From NCBI GenBank assembly GCA_964016885.1, contig OZ024761.1, positions 806,001 to 870,000 of the forward strand: a DNA stretch of 64,000 nt. Direction: 5' to 3'. Origin of the DNA: Eledone cirrhosa (Eukaryota). Of the stretch, positions 1 through 13,915 are shown piece after piece (within the stretch, counting starts at the first letter, position 1; every line of letters starts with the position of its first letter). Both the position numbers and the translations under genes were made by a program. Below the pieces are notes generated by a model. The model was given only the letters and a program-made list of their open reading frames with translations. It was not told where the DNA came from and did no database searches.

Positions 1-2458
1 CAGCAACCTGCCAATCACCTAATAACCTACAAATCTGGCAAGCACATAAGTCAGATTGACTTCTTACTAGTTAGGCAGCGGGACAGGCAGATAGTGTCTA
101 ATACCAAGGCATACCCTGGGGAAGAATGTACCCCACAGCATAGGTTAGTCGTTAGTGATATCTCAGTAAGCAAGAGATGGAATGAGACATACAGGAAGGT
201 GTGGAGAAGAAAGGTCTGGAAGCTAAAAGACCTTTCACTAAAATACAAATTTAGGAAAGCCCTTCAAGATGAATATGACGAAAAAGAAGACGATTTAGAG
301 ACATATGACATAGATAATAACTGGAATTTCTTACGTGATAACTTGCTGTAGGCTACTGATGAAACTTGTGGCTGGAGCAGAGCTTCAACCAGACAGAGAG
401 TGACCTGGTAGTGGAACAGCACAGTAGATAAGGCCATTAGAGACAAAAGACTAGCATGGAAGGCTTGGAAAACGGGTGGGAGTAGGGAAGAATATACAGC
501 CACTAAGAGAGAAGCTAGGCGTCAGGTGTACTTAGCACGCAGGGAGGCTGAGAGTAGAAGGTTTGCCAATGCTCTGCGACGGGAAGATCAGAGGCGTGCG
601 GTGTTCCACATTGCAAGGCAGTGTGTCAATGTAAATCAGGATGTTGTTGGAGATGTGTCTGGAATGATGCCGGTGTACTTAGTGTCATGAATGATCAGAA
701 AAAGGAGGCCTGGAAATGTCATTATGAGAAACTGATGAATGTGGAAAACGAATGGGAGAAAGAGAAATTACCCTTGGTAGATCCGACAGAGGGACCAGCT
801 ATTGAGATTGACGAATATAGGGTCCAAGAGGCGATTAAGGAAATGAAAAATAGTAAGGCTGCTGGACCATCGGGAATAGTTGCTGAGATGCTGAAGGCAT
901 CAGGGGACGTAGGCACTAAACTGGTTGCACGCATCATCAATCAGGCTATATATGGTGGTGTCATACCCAAAGACTGGTGCAACAGTATTCTCATAAATTG
1001 CTACAAAGGTAAAGGGGATGCTCTGGAGAGGAGCAATTATAGGGGTATAAAACAGATGGATCAGGTTATGAAAGTGGCAGAAAAGATATTAGCACAACTA
1101 ATTACAGAAAGGGTCAAACTAGATGAGATGCAGTTTGGTTTTGTGCCTGGGAAAAGTACAACAGATGCCCTCTTCAATTGCAAGAAAAATAAGCCACTAT
1201 ACAAAGCCTTTGTTGACCTAGAGAAGGCCTTTGATAGGGTACCCCAATCTGTCATCTCGTGGTCCCTAAGGAAACTAGGTGTTGAGGAATGGCTTGTGAG
1301 GACAGTGCAAACTTTGTACAGAGGTACTCTCAGTAAAGTCAGGGTAGGAATGGAGTTTAGTGAGGAATTCCAGATACAAGTAGGAGTACATCAAGGTTCA
1401 GTCCTCAGCCCGCTGTTGTCCTCCAAGCCATAACAGAGGAGTTTAAGACTGGCTGTCCATGGGAACTTCTCTATGCTGACGATCTGGTTCTTATAGCAGA
1501 ATCAGTAGAGGAGCTAGAGAATAAATTCTGGCTATGGAAACAGCAGTTGAAAGCAAGAGGACTGAGAGTGAACCTAGCTAAGACAAAAGTGTTGATGAGT
1601 AGAAAAGAGGACAAAACTCTGATTCCGTCAGGGAAATGGCCATGTTCGATATGCAGAAAATGAACTGGCATAAATTCTATAAAATGCACACAATGCCGAT
1701 CCTGGGTACACAAGAGATGTAGCGGGATAGCAAGCAAACTAACAGGTAGGGAGAAATATGTATGCAGTAGATGTACAGGGAAATTAGACAGTAGAAGTTG
1801 CATTGATAGACACATTTTTCAAATATAGGATGGTGCTATAGAAGCTTCTGGTACCTAGATCAAATTAACATGGGAGGAGGGGGGGGGGATTTCCAAGGCC
1901 ATAGTATCTAGAATAAGGACGGGTTGGAAGAAGTTTAGGGAGCTGCTTCCTCTGCTGACGAAGGTTTACTGCCTGCGTACGAAAGGCCGGTTGTATGATG
2001 CCTGTGTGAGGAGCGCGATGCTGCATGGTAGTGAGACATGGGCAGAAACTGCAGAGGATATGCAACGGCTGGAGAGAAATGAGGCAAGCATGCTCCGTTG
2101 GATGTGCAGTGTCAATGTGCGTGAACAACCCAGCATGAATGTGTTGAGAGAGAAACTGTGTCTGAGAGGGATAGAATGTAGTGTACGGGAGAGGCGACTG
2201 AGGTGGTATGGACATGTGATGCGCATGGAGGATGACCGATGGGTGAAGAAGTGCCAGGAAATGCCAGTTGAAGGAAGACTTGGTAGAGATAAGACCACGA
2301 AAAATATGGGCGGAGGTGGTGAGAACAGACCTCAGATCGTTGAAGCTCACGGTGGAGATGACGAAGGACCATGACGAGTGGAGAGATGCTGTGCTGAATA
2401 AGACTCGTCCCACCCTTGCAAGCAGGGAAGAGCGGACGTAAAATGATGATGATGATGA
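1..2458 (+). mobile_element. RTE-clade non-LTR retrotransposon (subfamily A), decayed ORF2 (end of APE, RT, PHD-like finger), short 3' UTR and (ATG)n tail; runs off the left edge
   Basis: Frameshifted ORFs with KAAGPSGI, YKGKGDALERSNYRGI, QFGFVPGKSTTDA, FVDLEKAFDRVP, GVHQGSVLSP, YADD (1472-1483), MLHGSETW and RRLRWYGHVMR. Ends GGACGTAAAATGATGATG. Confidence 0.93.
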
Positions 2459-2494
2459 TATATATACACACACACATATATATATATATATATA

Positions 2495-3250
2495 GAAGTG
2501 TTTACACAACAGTTAGTTCACCATACCGAGAACAATTGTTTCACCTTAGCGGATCCTCAGCTCGGAATGGGCATGATTATAGGAACAGGAAGGATAACCG
2601 TACGAACGCGCATGCGCAGAAACCTGGTGACTTCACACAGGCAATACTAGAATGCGGGCGAGAGGTGTAAGGGAGATAACTGCGAAAGTCCGATAAGTTT
2701 TTAGTTGAAAAATAAAATAAAGAATCAGTCCGGAGCCTTGTAGTTATGCATTTCTTGTGTTTAGGCAATCACTATTGCGTAATCTTTTCAGAATAGTTAT
2801 TCGTTCGTCAATACATAAGCCACACGTCGGATTTCCCCTTGCGTATGGCTTGGACTTACTGATGGATTTCCATTGAATGGAGTAGTCTATACTTGAGTCC
2901 TTGATGGACCATACGTGGCTCGCGAGTTTCGTGGATGAACATCTGTCCTGGTACCTGAAGGTAGACTGGTGGTTCAGGAAACGTTCCTTAAATCGGCCCT
3001 CCGCCTTGCCCACATAGGATTTGACCGCCTGTGGTTCGTTTCGTCGGTTGGAAGTGACCACAGCTTCGTAAATTACAGCTGGTGTGTTGCATTGCTGTTG
3101 AAGGGGGCAAGCTTCTGACTCTTACGGCAAGAGCACCCTGGTGGGGTGTTGGTCCTAGGGCTGCTGGTGATGTGGGCCTTCATGTTCTTAGTGCAGGAGT
3201 ATCCTAGTTTAACTTTGTGTCGGTTAAAGATGGAGCGGTATTTATGACCT
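2495..3250 (-). mobile_element. 5'-truncated Penelope-like element: GIY-YIG C-terminus, 3' UTR and hammerhead
   Basis: Minus-strand peptide VIYEA..KSYVGKAEGRFKERFLNHQSTF..LASHVWSIK..CGLCIDE..LN aligns by eye with the C-terminus of the intact PLE ORF at 58714-60867. Flanked by (TA)n on both sides. Confidence 0.88.
2521..2570 (-). ncRNA. Minimal type I hammerhead ribozyme
   Basis: RNA: CCAUUCCGAG-CUGAGGA-UCCGCUAAGGU-GAAA-CAAUUG-UU^CUCGGUAUGG. Stem I is 10 bp with one U.U mismatch; loop III is palindromic. Confidence 0.85.
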
Positions 3251-3265
3251 ATATATATATATATA

Positions 3266-3496
3266 TAGCAACGAGTAGGACCCCAACGGCTGAGCTCAAG
3301 CCGTTTCGACGGCTAATTCTGGACTTTAAAAAAAAAAAATTGATTTTTTTTTTTTAGTCCAGAATTAGCCGTCGAAACGGCTTGAGCTCAGCCGTCGGGG
3401 TGCTACTCGTTCCTATTACCCACTCTACTACCCTAAGTATTGAGTACTTTGGTGCGTTATGGTCCACCTGGTTCCTTACCACATTTCCTTCGTTAT
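3266..3496. mobile_element. Small fold-back PLE terminal-repeat insertion, sister family of the 57.5-64 kb element
   Basis: 3268-3327 is the reverse complement of about 3356-3415. The right arm continues about 80 nt and matches the minus strand of 60958-61098. (TA)n on both sides. Confidence 0.85.
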
Positions 3497-4675
3497 ATAT
3501 ATATATATACACACGTATATATATGTGTGTATACATACATATCCTAAACGGACGGTAGTCCGTTTAGTAATATTGTTGTAGTCGTGTTTTCGTTGGCAAT
3601 CGTCTGTTTACGACAGTACAGTGCAGCTCTACTTTATTTAACTGAGATAAAACTTATATGAGCATGAACAGTAGATCATTACGCATCTTTTGGCTTAAAA
3701 ATCTAGAAATTTGGTCCAGCGGGAAAAAGTTTATAATCAAAGTTTGCTGATAAATCTTGTGTTCAAGTGAGTGAGTAGTAAGCGTGACGCTAGGGGAGGT
3801 AATTACGAGGTAATTACAAGGGGAGGTAATCTAATATATTTCAAATTGTATTTTTAACTAAATTCATTTATCATAGTCTAATATTTTAAAAATAGGTGAG
3901 TGCTCCACGATGATGACACATGTCCCCGCCATGTGGAGGGGATGCTTAGGAGCCATCCAGATATCATGTGACCATTTTTGGTTCGTGGTGTCCACATGAT
4001 ATCTGGATGGCCCTTTATACTAATTAGTCATTTATCTGCATAAAAATTATACCAGATCATTCTGATTATTGGCTTGAAATCTTTTACAGAATTAGTATGA
4101 GCAACTAAGAGGTCATCAATAGAAATAGAATTACTTTTTGAAGTTTTCATGCACAGCATTTTTTGGGATTTTAAATAAAAGTTAATATCATAATTCTTAT
4201 TTTGTATACCCACATTGCAGATACAGAGAACATGACAATCCTATATAAAGGTCGTAGACAGCAGTATCAGTTTTTATCCGTAACACCATTGAAATGCACA
4301 AGTTTCACCAATTCACTATTATGCACTAATCATCTCAAATGCATTCATGATTTACTAGCTTTGTCATTAAGCCAGTTGCCTCAACTAGATTGCAATTATA
4401 CTCAAAAGAACTTTAAAATGTCTATCACTTGTCAGTAATTCACTATGATCTTTTAATTATTAGATAGTTGTTGCTTGCATTGCCTTAAAAAATAGTAGAC
4501 CAGATAGAAAAATGCGTACAGCAAAAAAAAGTAATATTGTTGGAATATAAACCTTTAAAAATACAGGACAAGAAACTAAAATAAAACTTTAAAAGAATAG
4601 GACAAGAAGCTAAAATAAAACTTTAAAAGAATAGGACAAGAAACTAAGATAAAACTTTAAAGAATTGAACAAGTA

Positions 4676-4739
4676 TATTTTATTATACATATTTCAGAGG
4701 TACTGAGCTAACTTCAACAGTACGTCATCAGATAAAATA
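4676..4739 (-). ncRNA. Degenerate type I hammerhead (base of stem II appears deleted)
   Basis: UAUUUUAU-CUGAUGA-C-GUACUG..CAGUAC-CUCU-GAAA-UAUGUA-UA^AUAAAAUA. Confidence 0.7.
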
Positions 4740-5869
4740 GGATGATGCATGACATACCCTGATGCAGATAGAGAGACACACAGAGAAAAGGAGAGGGAGA
4801 GAAGCAGAGAGAGAGTGGGGGGAGAGGGGGGAGAGGGGCAGAGAGAGAGACAAAGACTGTTATGTAGTATATGTAGAAGTATATATAGTTCACAAGTTTC
4901 CTTTGCAGCCATGTGGTTCTGTGTTTAACCCTATTTTAGCAACTGTGGAATACTCAGCCACTTTACATACTAATTCAATGAGGATGTCTCATTCAGTTCA
5001 TCCAACACTCATCTTTCTCATCAAAACAGTTACCATGTATAAATTGTACCAGAGTCATGATGACAAAATGCACCCTGTACACTCTGTAAAGTGGTTGGTG
5101 TTAGGAAGGGCATCCTGCCATAGAAACTTTACTCCAAAATGGAATGTACTGGTTTAAGAGGACGATAACTGATTAAGAACTGACCATGTCTGTGATATCC
5201 TCTCTAAGCATGGAAAAATGGAACAAAAAATTCTGGATACACACGTGTTTTTTCAACCCCCCCCCCCCCTCATTTATCTTCTATTTCTAACTCTATCTTC
5301 TGATAGGAGTAGTTGCTCTAGGTAGAGCAGCTACTTCTCTGAATTGAGAGATCACGACTCCCATATTATGGACATGTGATCAGAATGTCTCAGGAAAGAA
5401 TTGCTGGACAGATTTCTTAAGCAAAACCAACAGACATGAGCAAGATGTTTAGACAACATTTATCAACCCAGCTGCTCTCGATTGGGGATCCAGCCAGTCC
5501 ATTTCGATAGAGAGGGAGATGGTTGCTTCTGACATGATCTGCTGGAAGACATGCTTCAGGACTCTGCCCCAATGACCATCCCAGGAATAAGTGTGCAAAG
5601 AAGGTGGAGAAGAACATATAAAAAAATCCTTTAACCCATTTGATATCAAACTGACAGAAACAGGCCAAGATTTATAATACAAATCTGCTCACCTGAAAAT
5701 AGTTATAGACTTATATTAAATCATACCACCACCATTTTATTTACACATTTTTGTTCTAAATATCAAGCTTATTAATGAAAGAGTTAAGTTGTTTTATTAA
5801 ATTCCTCCAAATATTTGATTATTTTCAAAATTAATTGAAACACATAGGCAGCGTATTTCAGCAGAGATA

Positions 5870-6085
5870 TTATAATGAAATGGTGAATGACATAGACAAT
5901 GTCTTTCATTAGAAATATGGTAATGAAAGGGTTGATGACATAGACAGTGTCTTTCATTAGAAATATGGTAATGAAAGGGTTAATGACATAGGTAGTGTCT
6001 TTCATTAGAAATATGGTAATGAAAGGGTTAATGATATAGGCAATGTCTTTCATTAGAAATATGGTAATGAAAGGGTTAATGGCAT
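5870..6085. repeat. 48-bp minisatellite, about 4.5 copies
   Basis: GTCTTTCATTAGAAATATGGTAATGAAAGGG recurs at 5901, 5949, 5997 and 6045. Confidence 0.9.
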
Positions 6086-6543
6086 AGCACCTATAGGTGT
6101 AAGTATAGCTGCATGGATAAGAAGTGAGTGAAATAATTTTGTAGAGGGAAACTGTGCAGGAGCCTGTTGAATGTGTGTCTGCATCATCATCATTTAATGT
6201 GCGCTTTCCCTGATAGCAAGGGAAAGACAGGTCTTCACAGACCAAGTCAGAATCAAAAAGAGACATGGACTTCTCAGATGGGCCTGGGTACTCCATCGCA
6301 CTTACATACAATCCAACACTCTACAAAGTGCATTTTATTGTGGCACCAGCATCAAGGTCTTGCCTTTGATACAGCTCATTTAGTTGACAAGCTTTTTATG
6401 GCTGGATGCCTGTGTGTGTGAGGATAGATCAGTGACTCAAGAGTCTGGAGTTTTATGCTCAAATGCACTTTTGAAAGGTACCCTTAAGCACAGCATGAAA
6501 CTCTGTGTCCTTGAGTGTCTAGATACACACATATACACATGTG

Positions 6544-6607
<64 letters not shown>

Positions 6608-7187
6608 AACACACATGTATATATATATATACACATATACACACACATATATATATATACACACACACACACACATATATATACACACACACCAGCATAA
6701 ATATCTAATGGATGGAATGTAAGGGATGGATAAGTAGGTGCAGTCAGATTGGGGGTTGGGGTTGTTGGGGTTTTTGGGTGAGGTGGGGGTGTTGGGTGGG
6801 GTTTGGACTGGAGGGAGGGAGGGTGGGATGAAGATTAAGGGCAGACAGGAAATTTGATACAGAAATATCTATCAAACCCACCACCACCACCATTGCCGCC
6901 GCTCAACCACCACCTTCTTCAAAATATGATAAGCCTATCATCATCATCGTCATCATCAACATCATCATCATTATTTTATATAAATCATCATTATTATTAC
7001 TAGTACACTTGAATGGCAGAGTCTTAGAGTACACTGCAACAGATGTAATATCAGAAGTGAGGCTGGTTAGGCAGCCAGCTGGGAGAGGGAGGAGGTAGTG
7101 GTGGTAGGAGTGATAGGGGGAAGCTTTATCCAGAGAATTGAATGGTGGGGTGGGGGAGATAAGGATTGATCCATTGCTTCCAACAAC

Positions 7188-7311
7188 AGTAGTAGTAGTG
7201 GTGGTGGTGGTAACAGTAGTAGTAGTGGTGGTGGTAATAGTAATAGTAGTAGTAGCAGCAGCAGCAATAGTAGTAGTAGTAGTAGTAGTAGTAACTGTAG
7301 TAGTAGCAACT

Positions 7312-7351
<40 letters not shown>

Positions 7352-7432
7352 CAGCAGCAACTGTACTAGTAGTAGTAGTAGTAGTAGCAGCAGCAACTGT
7401 AGTAGTAGTAGTAGTAGTATCACCACCACCAG
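7188..7432. repeat. (GTA/GTG/GCA)n trinucleotide repeat
   Basis: Direct reading of the sequence. Confidence 0.9.
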
Positions 7433-7929
7433 TCATGCACCTGAATACTGGGTAATCAAATTGATTTACAATAGTCGCACCACCACCACCACCACCAACA
7501 TCTTGTTAGCCCTCTCTTCATTAACCCTTTCATTGCCATATTTCTAATGAGGGAGACCGTCGAGAATTTTGGAAATAATCAAGAATTTGGAAGGATTTAT
7601 TAACAATATAACTTTCTCATTAAGCTGGCATTTGGAACATAACTTAAAGGTTCTTACATGGAATTATGATGGCTTTTAGATAGATATAAACAAGCAATTT
7701 TGTATCATAGAACCAAGGGTGTTTGGAACATAACTTAACAAAGGTTTTTACATGAAATTACGATTTTAGATGAAAGCAGAAATTTGTTGCTTCAACTTTA
7801 ATCTATACTAATGATAAATATTTGGTCTACAGGTTTATATATACCTTTATATACTTTTATATATATATGATATTTGTTCGCAAGATTACTGTCTAGGAAA
7901 AAGTAACATAGTAGTTTTATTTTTTAAGA

Positions 7930-8315
7930 TATATTTATCAAACTTGGGTCAGTTTGTCTTCATGACTTGTTCTTTCGATCTCACTCGATAAACCCGCTAT
8001 TGGCTTTGATGATGGCCTCAAGGCGGCCTCGGAACTGGCTACAGGCCTTCGTCACTGTCCCCCGACTTAGGCCCCTAAATGCACTTGTGATCCTGGCCTT
8101 CAGATCGTCTTTCGTATTGCAGCTAGATCTGTTGGTGTCTCGTTCGACTGCGCCCCATACAAAGAAGTCGAGGAGGTTGCAGTCAGGCGAGCTGGGAGAC
8201 CAGATGTCAGGTCGACGAAGTTCTCTGACAGCCAGGCCTGGGTCTTTCGGCTGGTATGGCAGGGCGCTGAGTCTTGCTGCCACACGTACGGCCTACCTGC
8301 AGCTACCTGATCGAT
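7930..8315 (-). pseudogene. Tc1/mariner-superfamily (maT/DD37D-like) transposase C-terminal relic
   Basis: WQQDSAPCHTSRKTQAWL followed, after a frameshift, by WSPSSPDCNLLDFFVWG...KACSQFRGRLEAIIKANSGFIE*. Confidence 0.8.
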
Positions 8316-8339
8316 CCAGGGCTTTAGTACCTCGTTCAG

Positions 8340-9466
8340 AAGGCCTTAAACTTAACTTGTCTAAGACTAAACTCCTAATATGTAGGAAGGAGAATAGGGC
8401 ACTGGTCCCATCTGGGAAATGGCCATGCTCAGTGTGTAGGAAAGGAGTAGGCAGAAACTCCATTTTATGTCCCAAATACAAAGTATGGGTGCATAAAAGA
8501 TGTAGTGGGATCACAGGTAAGCTAACTAAGAATATAGATTTTACATGTGGCCGGTGCTCAGGTGCAATAAGTAGCAGCAAATGCCCACAGAATACTAGCT
8601 CATTCCATTGCACAGATGGTTCTATAGAAATAGTGGACACCTTCCGTTACCTGGGTGACAAAATCAGCAGTGGTGGAGGGTGCTCTGAAATTATTGTAGC
8701 TAGAGTCAGAACGGGATGGAAAAAGTTCAGAGAGCTTATACCACTATTGGCCGCTAAAGGTTTCTCTCTAAAAATAGAAAGCAGGCTGTATGATGCCTGC
8801 ATACGAACGGCGATGTTACATGGCAGTGAGACATGGGCCTTGTGTGCAAAGGATCTACGCAGACTGGAAAGGAACGAAGCTTGCATGCTCCGTTGGATGT
8901 GTAATAGTAATATATGCGAACAGCAAAGCATAAATGAACTAAGTGAGAAATTAGGAATAAGAGGGATCAGATGCTGTTTACTCGAGAGAAGACTACCTTG
9001 GTATCGTCACGTGATGCGCATGAAAGATGACAGCTGTATAAAAAAGTACAGGGCGATCAAAATAGACGGTAGCTACGGAGTAGGCAGATCGAGAAAAACC
9101 TGGGACGACTTGATAAAATCCGACCTCACACACTTACACCTCTCCAAGACAATGTCACTGGACCGAGATCTTTTGCGGTACACAGTAATAGAGAAGACCC
9201 GCCTTACCTAAATACAAAGTAAAACTTACTACAGTCAGAAGGCACCTCTAACAAAATACACCCCCGGCCCACTACCCCCACCCCATCCACACCGCCCCTT
9301 TCAATGTAAAGTTATGTTGGTACCACAACATCCAGGCCGAAACAAATGAGGTCCTGTAGGTGTCACGACAAAAAAAACACACAGCCCACGCTGTAATGTG
9401 GCCGTGTAGATAACACGGTAAAAACCTCCCAGCCCCACACTGTAAATGTGGTTGGTGTTAGGAAGG
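8340..9466 (+). mobile_element. RTE LINE subfamily B, 5'-truncated
   Basis: GLKLNLSKTK, PHD-like WPCSVC..HKRC..CGRC, FRYLGD and MLHGSETW; stop at 9211; 3' UTR as at 46290-46600. Confidence 0.9.
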
Positions 9467-10057
9467 CTCAACGCTTGCAATGCAAACACTTGTATACTTG
9501 TATCAGTGTTTATCCCTATCACATATTCATTTGTATTACACGGCTCAGAAATATCCCTTTCTTTGAGCTATTTAATTGTAAAAGACTATTTGAGTTTATA
9601 ACTCTATATATAATATAGAGCTCCATGCGTTGAGCTAATTTTTAGTCCCATAAAACCGGCTGCTATTTTTAGCGGCACGACTATAGGACGTGCTAGATGC
9701 TGGGATACATGTGCGTTCAACAACACATTTATCTCAGTCTTCCTAAGTATTTTGAAGTGAAACTTACCAATTTCTGGATACCTGCAGAAGAGAACAGGAA
9801 TAGGAAATTTCACTTAATTGTTGCGAAACAAATTTAACGTTTAAAATTTAAAATTTAAATTTGTCCAGGTATCACGGCTATTGCCAATATAGATTTGTTT
9901 TTATTGATTTATTATTTTAAATCGAGACAGGCAAACCGTATTATTTTAATTAGTATTTTTCAATCTAGCTAACTTGGTCATTTGCAATGCAAACATATGT
10001 TGATTTAAAACTGCACTATCCACAAGTGTTTTTTAACCTTCATATCATGTCTTCCTG

Positions 10058-10123
10058 TTTTATCTGATGAAAACACAAATATTTTGCATGATGATATTTG
10101 TTTTTGAAATGCGCATAATAAAA
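10058..10123 (+). ncRNA. Type I hammerhead ribozyme
   Basis: UUUUAU-CUGAUGA-AAACACAAAUAUU(loop)GAUAUUUGUUUUU-GAAA-UGCGCA-UA^AUAAAA. Loop III is palindromic; (TA)n starts about 30 nt downstream. Confidence 0.88.
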
Positions 10124-10155
10124 TACATGGAACTCTTTTAACCATCTTTTGTTCT

Positions 10156-10189
<34 letters not shown>

Positions 10190-10239
10190 CACACATTTAT
10201 ATATATACATGGGCAACATGACCCTCCCAAAGTATAACA

Positions 10240-10309
<70 letters not shown>

Positions 10310-10347
10310 TTATTTATATACACATATATATATATATTTATTTATAT

Positions 10348-10412
<65 letters not shown>

Positions 10413-10478
10413 ATACATATATATATATATATTTATATACATATATATATATATATTTATATACACATATATATATAT

Positions 10479-10686
10479 ATAGGAACGAGTAGGACCCCGA
10501 CGGCTGAGCTCAAGCCGACTCGAGGGCTAATTCTGGACTCGATTTAGTCCAGAACTAGCCGTCGAAACGGCTTGAACTCAGCCGTCGGGGTCCTACTCGT
10601 TCCTATTACCCACTCTACTACCCTAAGTATTGAGTACTTTGGTGCGTTATGGTCCACCTGGTTCCTTACCAGATTTCCTTCGTTAT
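10479..10686. mobile_element. Second small fold-back PLE terminal-repeat insertion (same family as 3266-3496)
   Basis: Inverted arms meet at CTGGACT-CGATTT-AGTCCAG. The right arm ends TTTCCTTCGTTAT(TA)n exactly as at 3496. Confidence 0.85.
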
Positions 10687-10900
10687 ATATATATATATAT
10701 AGTCATATACACACATATATATATATATACCTATTTATATACACATATATATATATACACATATATATATATATATATATACACATATATATATATATAT
10801 ACATATATATATACATACATACATATATATATACATATATATATACATACATACATATATATATACATATATATATACATACATACATACATATATATAT

Positions 10901-10943
<43 letters not shown>

Positions 10944-10954
10944 TATATATATAT

Positions 10955-11001
<47 letters not shown>

Positions 11002-11361
11002 TATATATATATACACATATATATATATATATATATATACATACATATACATACATATATATATATACATACATATATATATATATACAAACATATATAT
11101 ACATATATATATATACATACATATATATATACAAACATATATATATATATATATATATACATACATATATATATATACAAACATATATATATATATATAT
11201 ACATACATATATATATATACATACATATATACATACATATATAAATACATATATATATACATACATATATACATACATATATATATACATACATATATAT
11301 ATTACATATATATATATATATACATACATATATATATACATATACATATATATATATATAC

Positions 11362-11418
<57 letters not shown>

Positions 11419-11636
11419 CTTATATATATATACATACATATATATATATACATACATATATATATATACATACATATATATATATATACATACATATATA
11501 TATATACATACATACATACATATACATGCATACATACATATACATACATACATATACATACATACATACATATATATATATATATAAATACATACATACA
11601 TACATATATATACATACCTACATATATAAATATACC

Positions 11637-11690
<54 letters not shown>

Positions 11691-11815
11691 CATATATATA
11701 TACATACATATATATATTTACACATACATATATATACATACATATATACATACATATATATATACATACATATATATATACATACATATATATATATACA
11801 TACATATATATATAT

Positions 11816-12032
11816 GGTGGCTGCCAACTCGTTTACGAGTACGGCCACTACTTTATATCCATGTAGGAGAACCCCTACCGATGCGGGAACGAGTGTGACT
11901 TTTTAGTCCAGCCAGCGACTTGAAAACTCTGGTACAAACACTACACTTGTGACAATTACTGACACATAGTGCTGGGCCCATGGTACCATGTGACGACAAG
12001 GGCAGAGAGATCTCCAGATATAAAGCAATGCC

Positions 12033-12037
<5 letters not shown>
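11816..12037 (-). pseudogene. Probable LINE 3' fragment with a C2H2-like finger
   Basis: [22 protein letters not shown] resembles the C-terminal finger of some RTE-group ORF2 proteins; isolated between (TA)n tracts. Confidence 0.4.
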
Positions 12038-12086
<49 letters not shown>

Positions 12087-12135
12087 CATACATATATATA
12101 TATATATACATACATATATATACATATATATATAT

Positions 12136-12850
12136 GTGTATATAGAATTCACAGTATATACATAACCATAAATAGTATCCTTAATATTATATATATGTAT
12201 ATATATATATATATATACATATATATATGTGTATATAGAATTCACAGTATATACATAACCATAAATAGTATCCTTAATATTATATATATGTATATATATA
12301 TATATACATACATATATATACATATATATATGTGTATATAGAATTCACAGTATATACATAACCATAAATAGTATCCTTAATATTATATATATGTATATAT
12401 ATATATATATACATACATATATATACATATATATATGTGTATATAGAATTCACAGTATATACATAACCATAAATAGTATCCTTAATATTATATATATGTA
12501 TATATATATATATACATACATATATATACATATATATATGTGTATATAGAATTCACAGTATATACATAACCATAAATAGTATCCTTAATATTATATATAT
12601 GTATATATATATATATACATACATATATATACATATATATATGTGTATATAGAATTCACAGTATATACATAACCATAAATAGTATCCTTAATATTATATA
12701 TATGTATATATATATATATATACATACATATATATACATATATATATATATGTGTATATAGAATTCACAGTATATACATAACCATAAATAGTATCCTTAA
12801 TATTATATATATATATATGTATATATATACATATATACATATATATATAT
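12136..12850. repeat. About 100-bp minisatellite, 7 copies, with TA-variable linker
   Basis: GAATTCACAGTATATACATAACCATAAATAGTATCCTTAATATT occurs 7 times. Confidence 0.92.
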
Positions 12851-12983
12851 TCGATTACCCAGTATTCAAGTGCATGACTGGTGGTAGTGTTACTACTACT
12901 GCTACTACTACAACTACTACTGTTGCAGCTCGTGCTGCTGCTGTTACTACTACATATATATATCAATGATATTAATAAATGGC

Positions 12984-13160
12984 TTGGCAGTATCGGTAGA
13001 GGGTCGGACGCCATGCTTTCCAGCATAGTTACGTCCCTTTGCGGTCTGAGTTCAAATCCCACCGAGGTTAACTTTGCCTTTCATCCTTACGGGGTCAATA
13101 AAATAAAGTACCAGTAATGCACTGGGTAATTGATGGCCTTGTGCCAAAAGTAGAAACAAT
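12984..13160 (+). mobile_element. tRNA-derived SINE with a Nin/Deu-like central domain
   Basis: Box A TGGCAGTATCGG and box B GAGTTCAAATCC, followed by GCCTTTCATCCTTACGGGGTC(G)ATAAAATAAAGTACCAG; many copies in the window. Confidence 0.8.
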
Positions 13161-13190
13161 AAATGCCAACTATATTTATAAAACCATATT

Positions 13191-13251
13191 TATTCTATTA
13201 TATATATTTCAAGGGTACCAAAACTTTGGTACGTTCTCATCAGATAAAATA
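13191..13251 (-). ncRNA. Type I hammerhead ribozyme
   Basis: UAUUUUAU-CUGAUGA-GAAC-GUACCAA(AGUU)UUGGUAC-CCUU-GAAA-UAUAUA-UA^AUAGAAUA. Confidence 0.82.
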
Positions 13252-13606
13252 CAGAGTTGTTTTATAAATATTGACATATCCAGGAATGAGATCTTAACAG
13301 TTCAAGTTTTATAAATATATTATTATCCCTTTAGCATTCACATCACTCTATATATACTATTGTATTTTTATCTCACATAATATCGAATCTATGAGATTTT
13401 GATATTTATTTTGAGAACAATACCTTAACATCAGTATAAGCAGCCAGTTTCAACTTGTTTGAACTGAAAGAGGTGAGACTTGTCTGGCCGGATACAGCCG
13501 GTTTGAATGCTAAAGGGTTATACTCCAGAAAATCTGCCGAGTACTTTGAATCTGTTATAAATATATATATTTGTTGAATTACCAACAAATTAAATATCTC
13601 TTTGCT

Positions 13607-13646
<40 letters not shown>

Positions 13647-13666
13647 CATATATAATATATATATAC

Positions 13667-13708
<42 letters not shown>

Positions 13709-13785
13709 ATTATATATATATGGATCTCGTGAATTTTACCCGCCTTAGATAGATAGATACATATATAATATATATATATATATAC

Positions 13786-13915
<130 letters not shown>

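Noticed and set aside
7967-9211. 414-aa ORF as a novel fusion gene
   Set aside because: Chance read-through from the antisense strand of a transposase relic into a truncated RTE; starts at a non-ATG codon.
12984-13070. tRNA genes at SINE heads
   Set aside because: Box A and box B are present, but no cloverleaf was evident and each continues into a SINE body.
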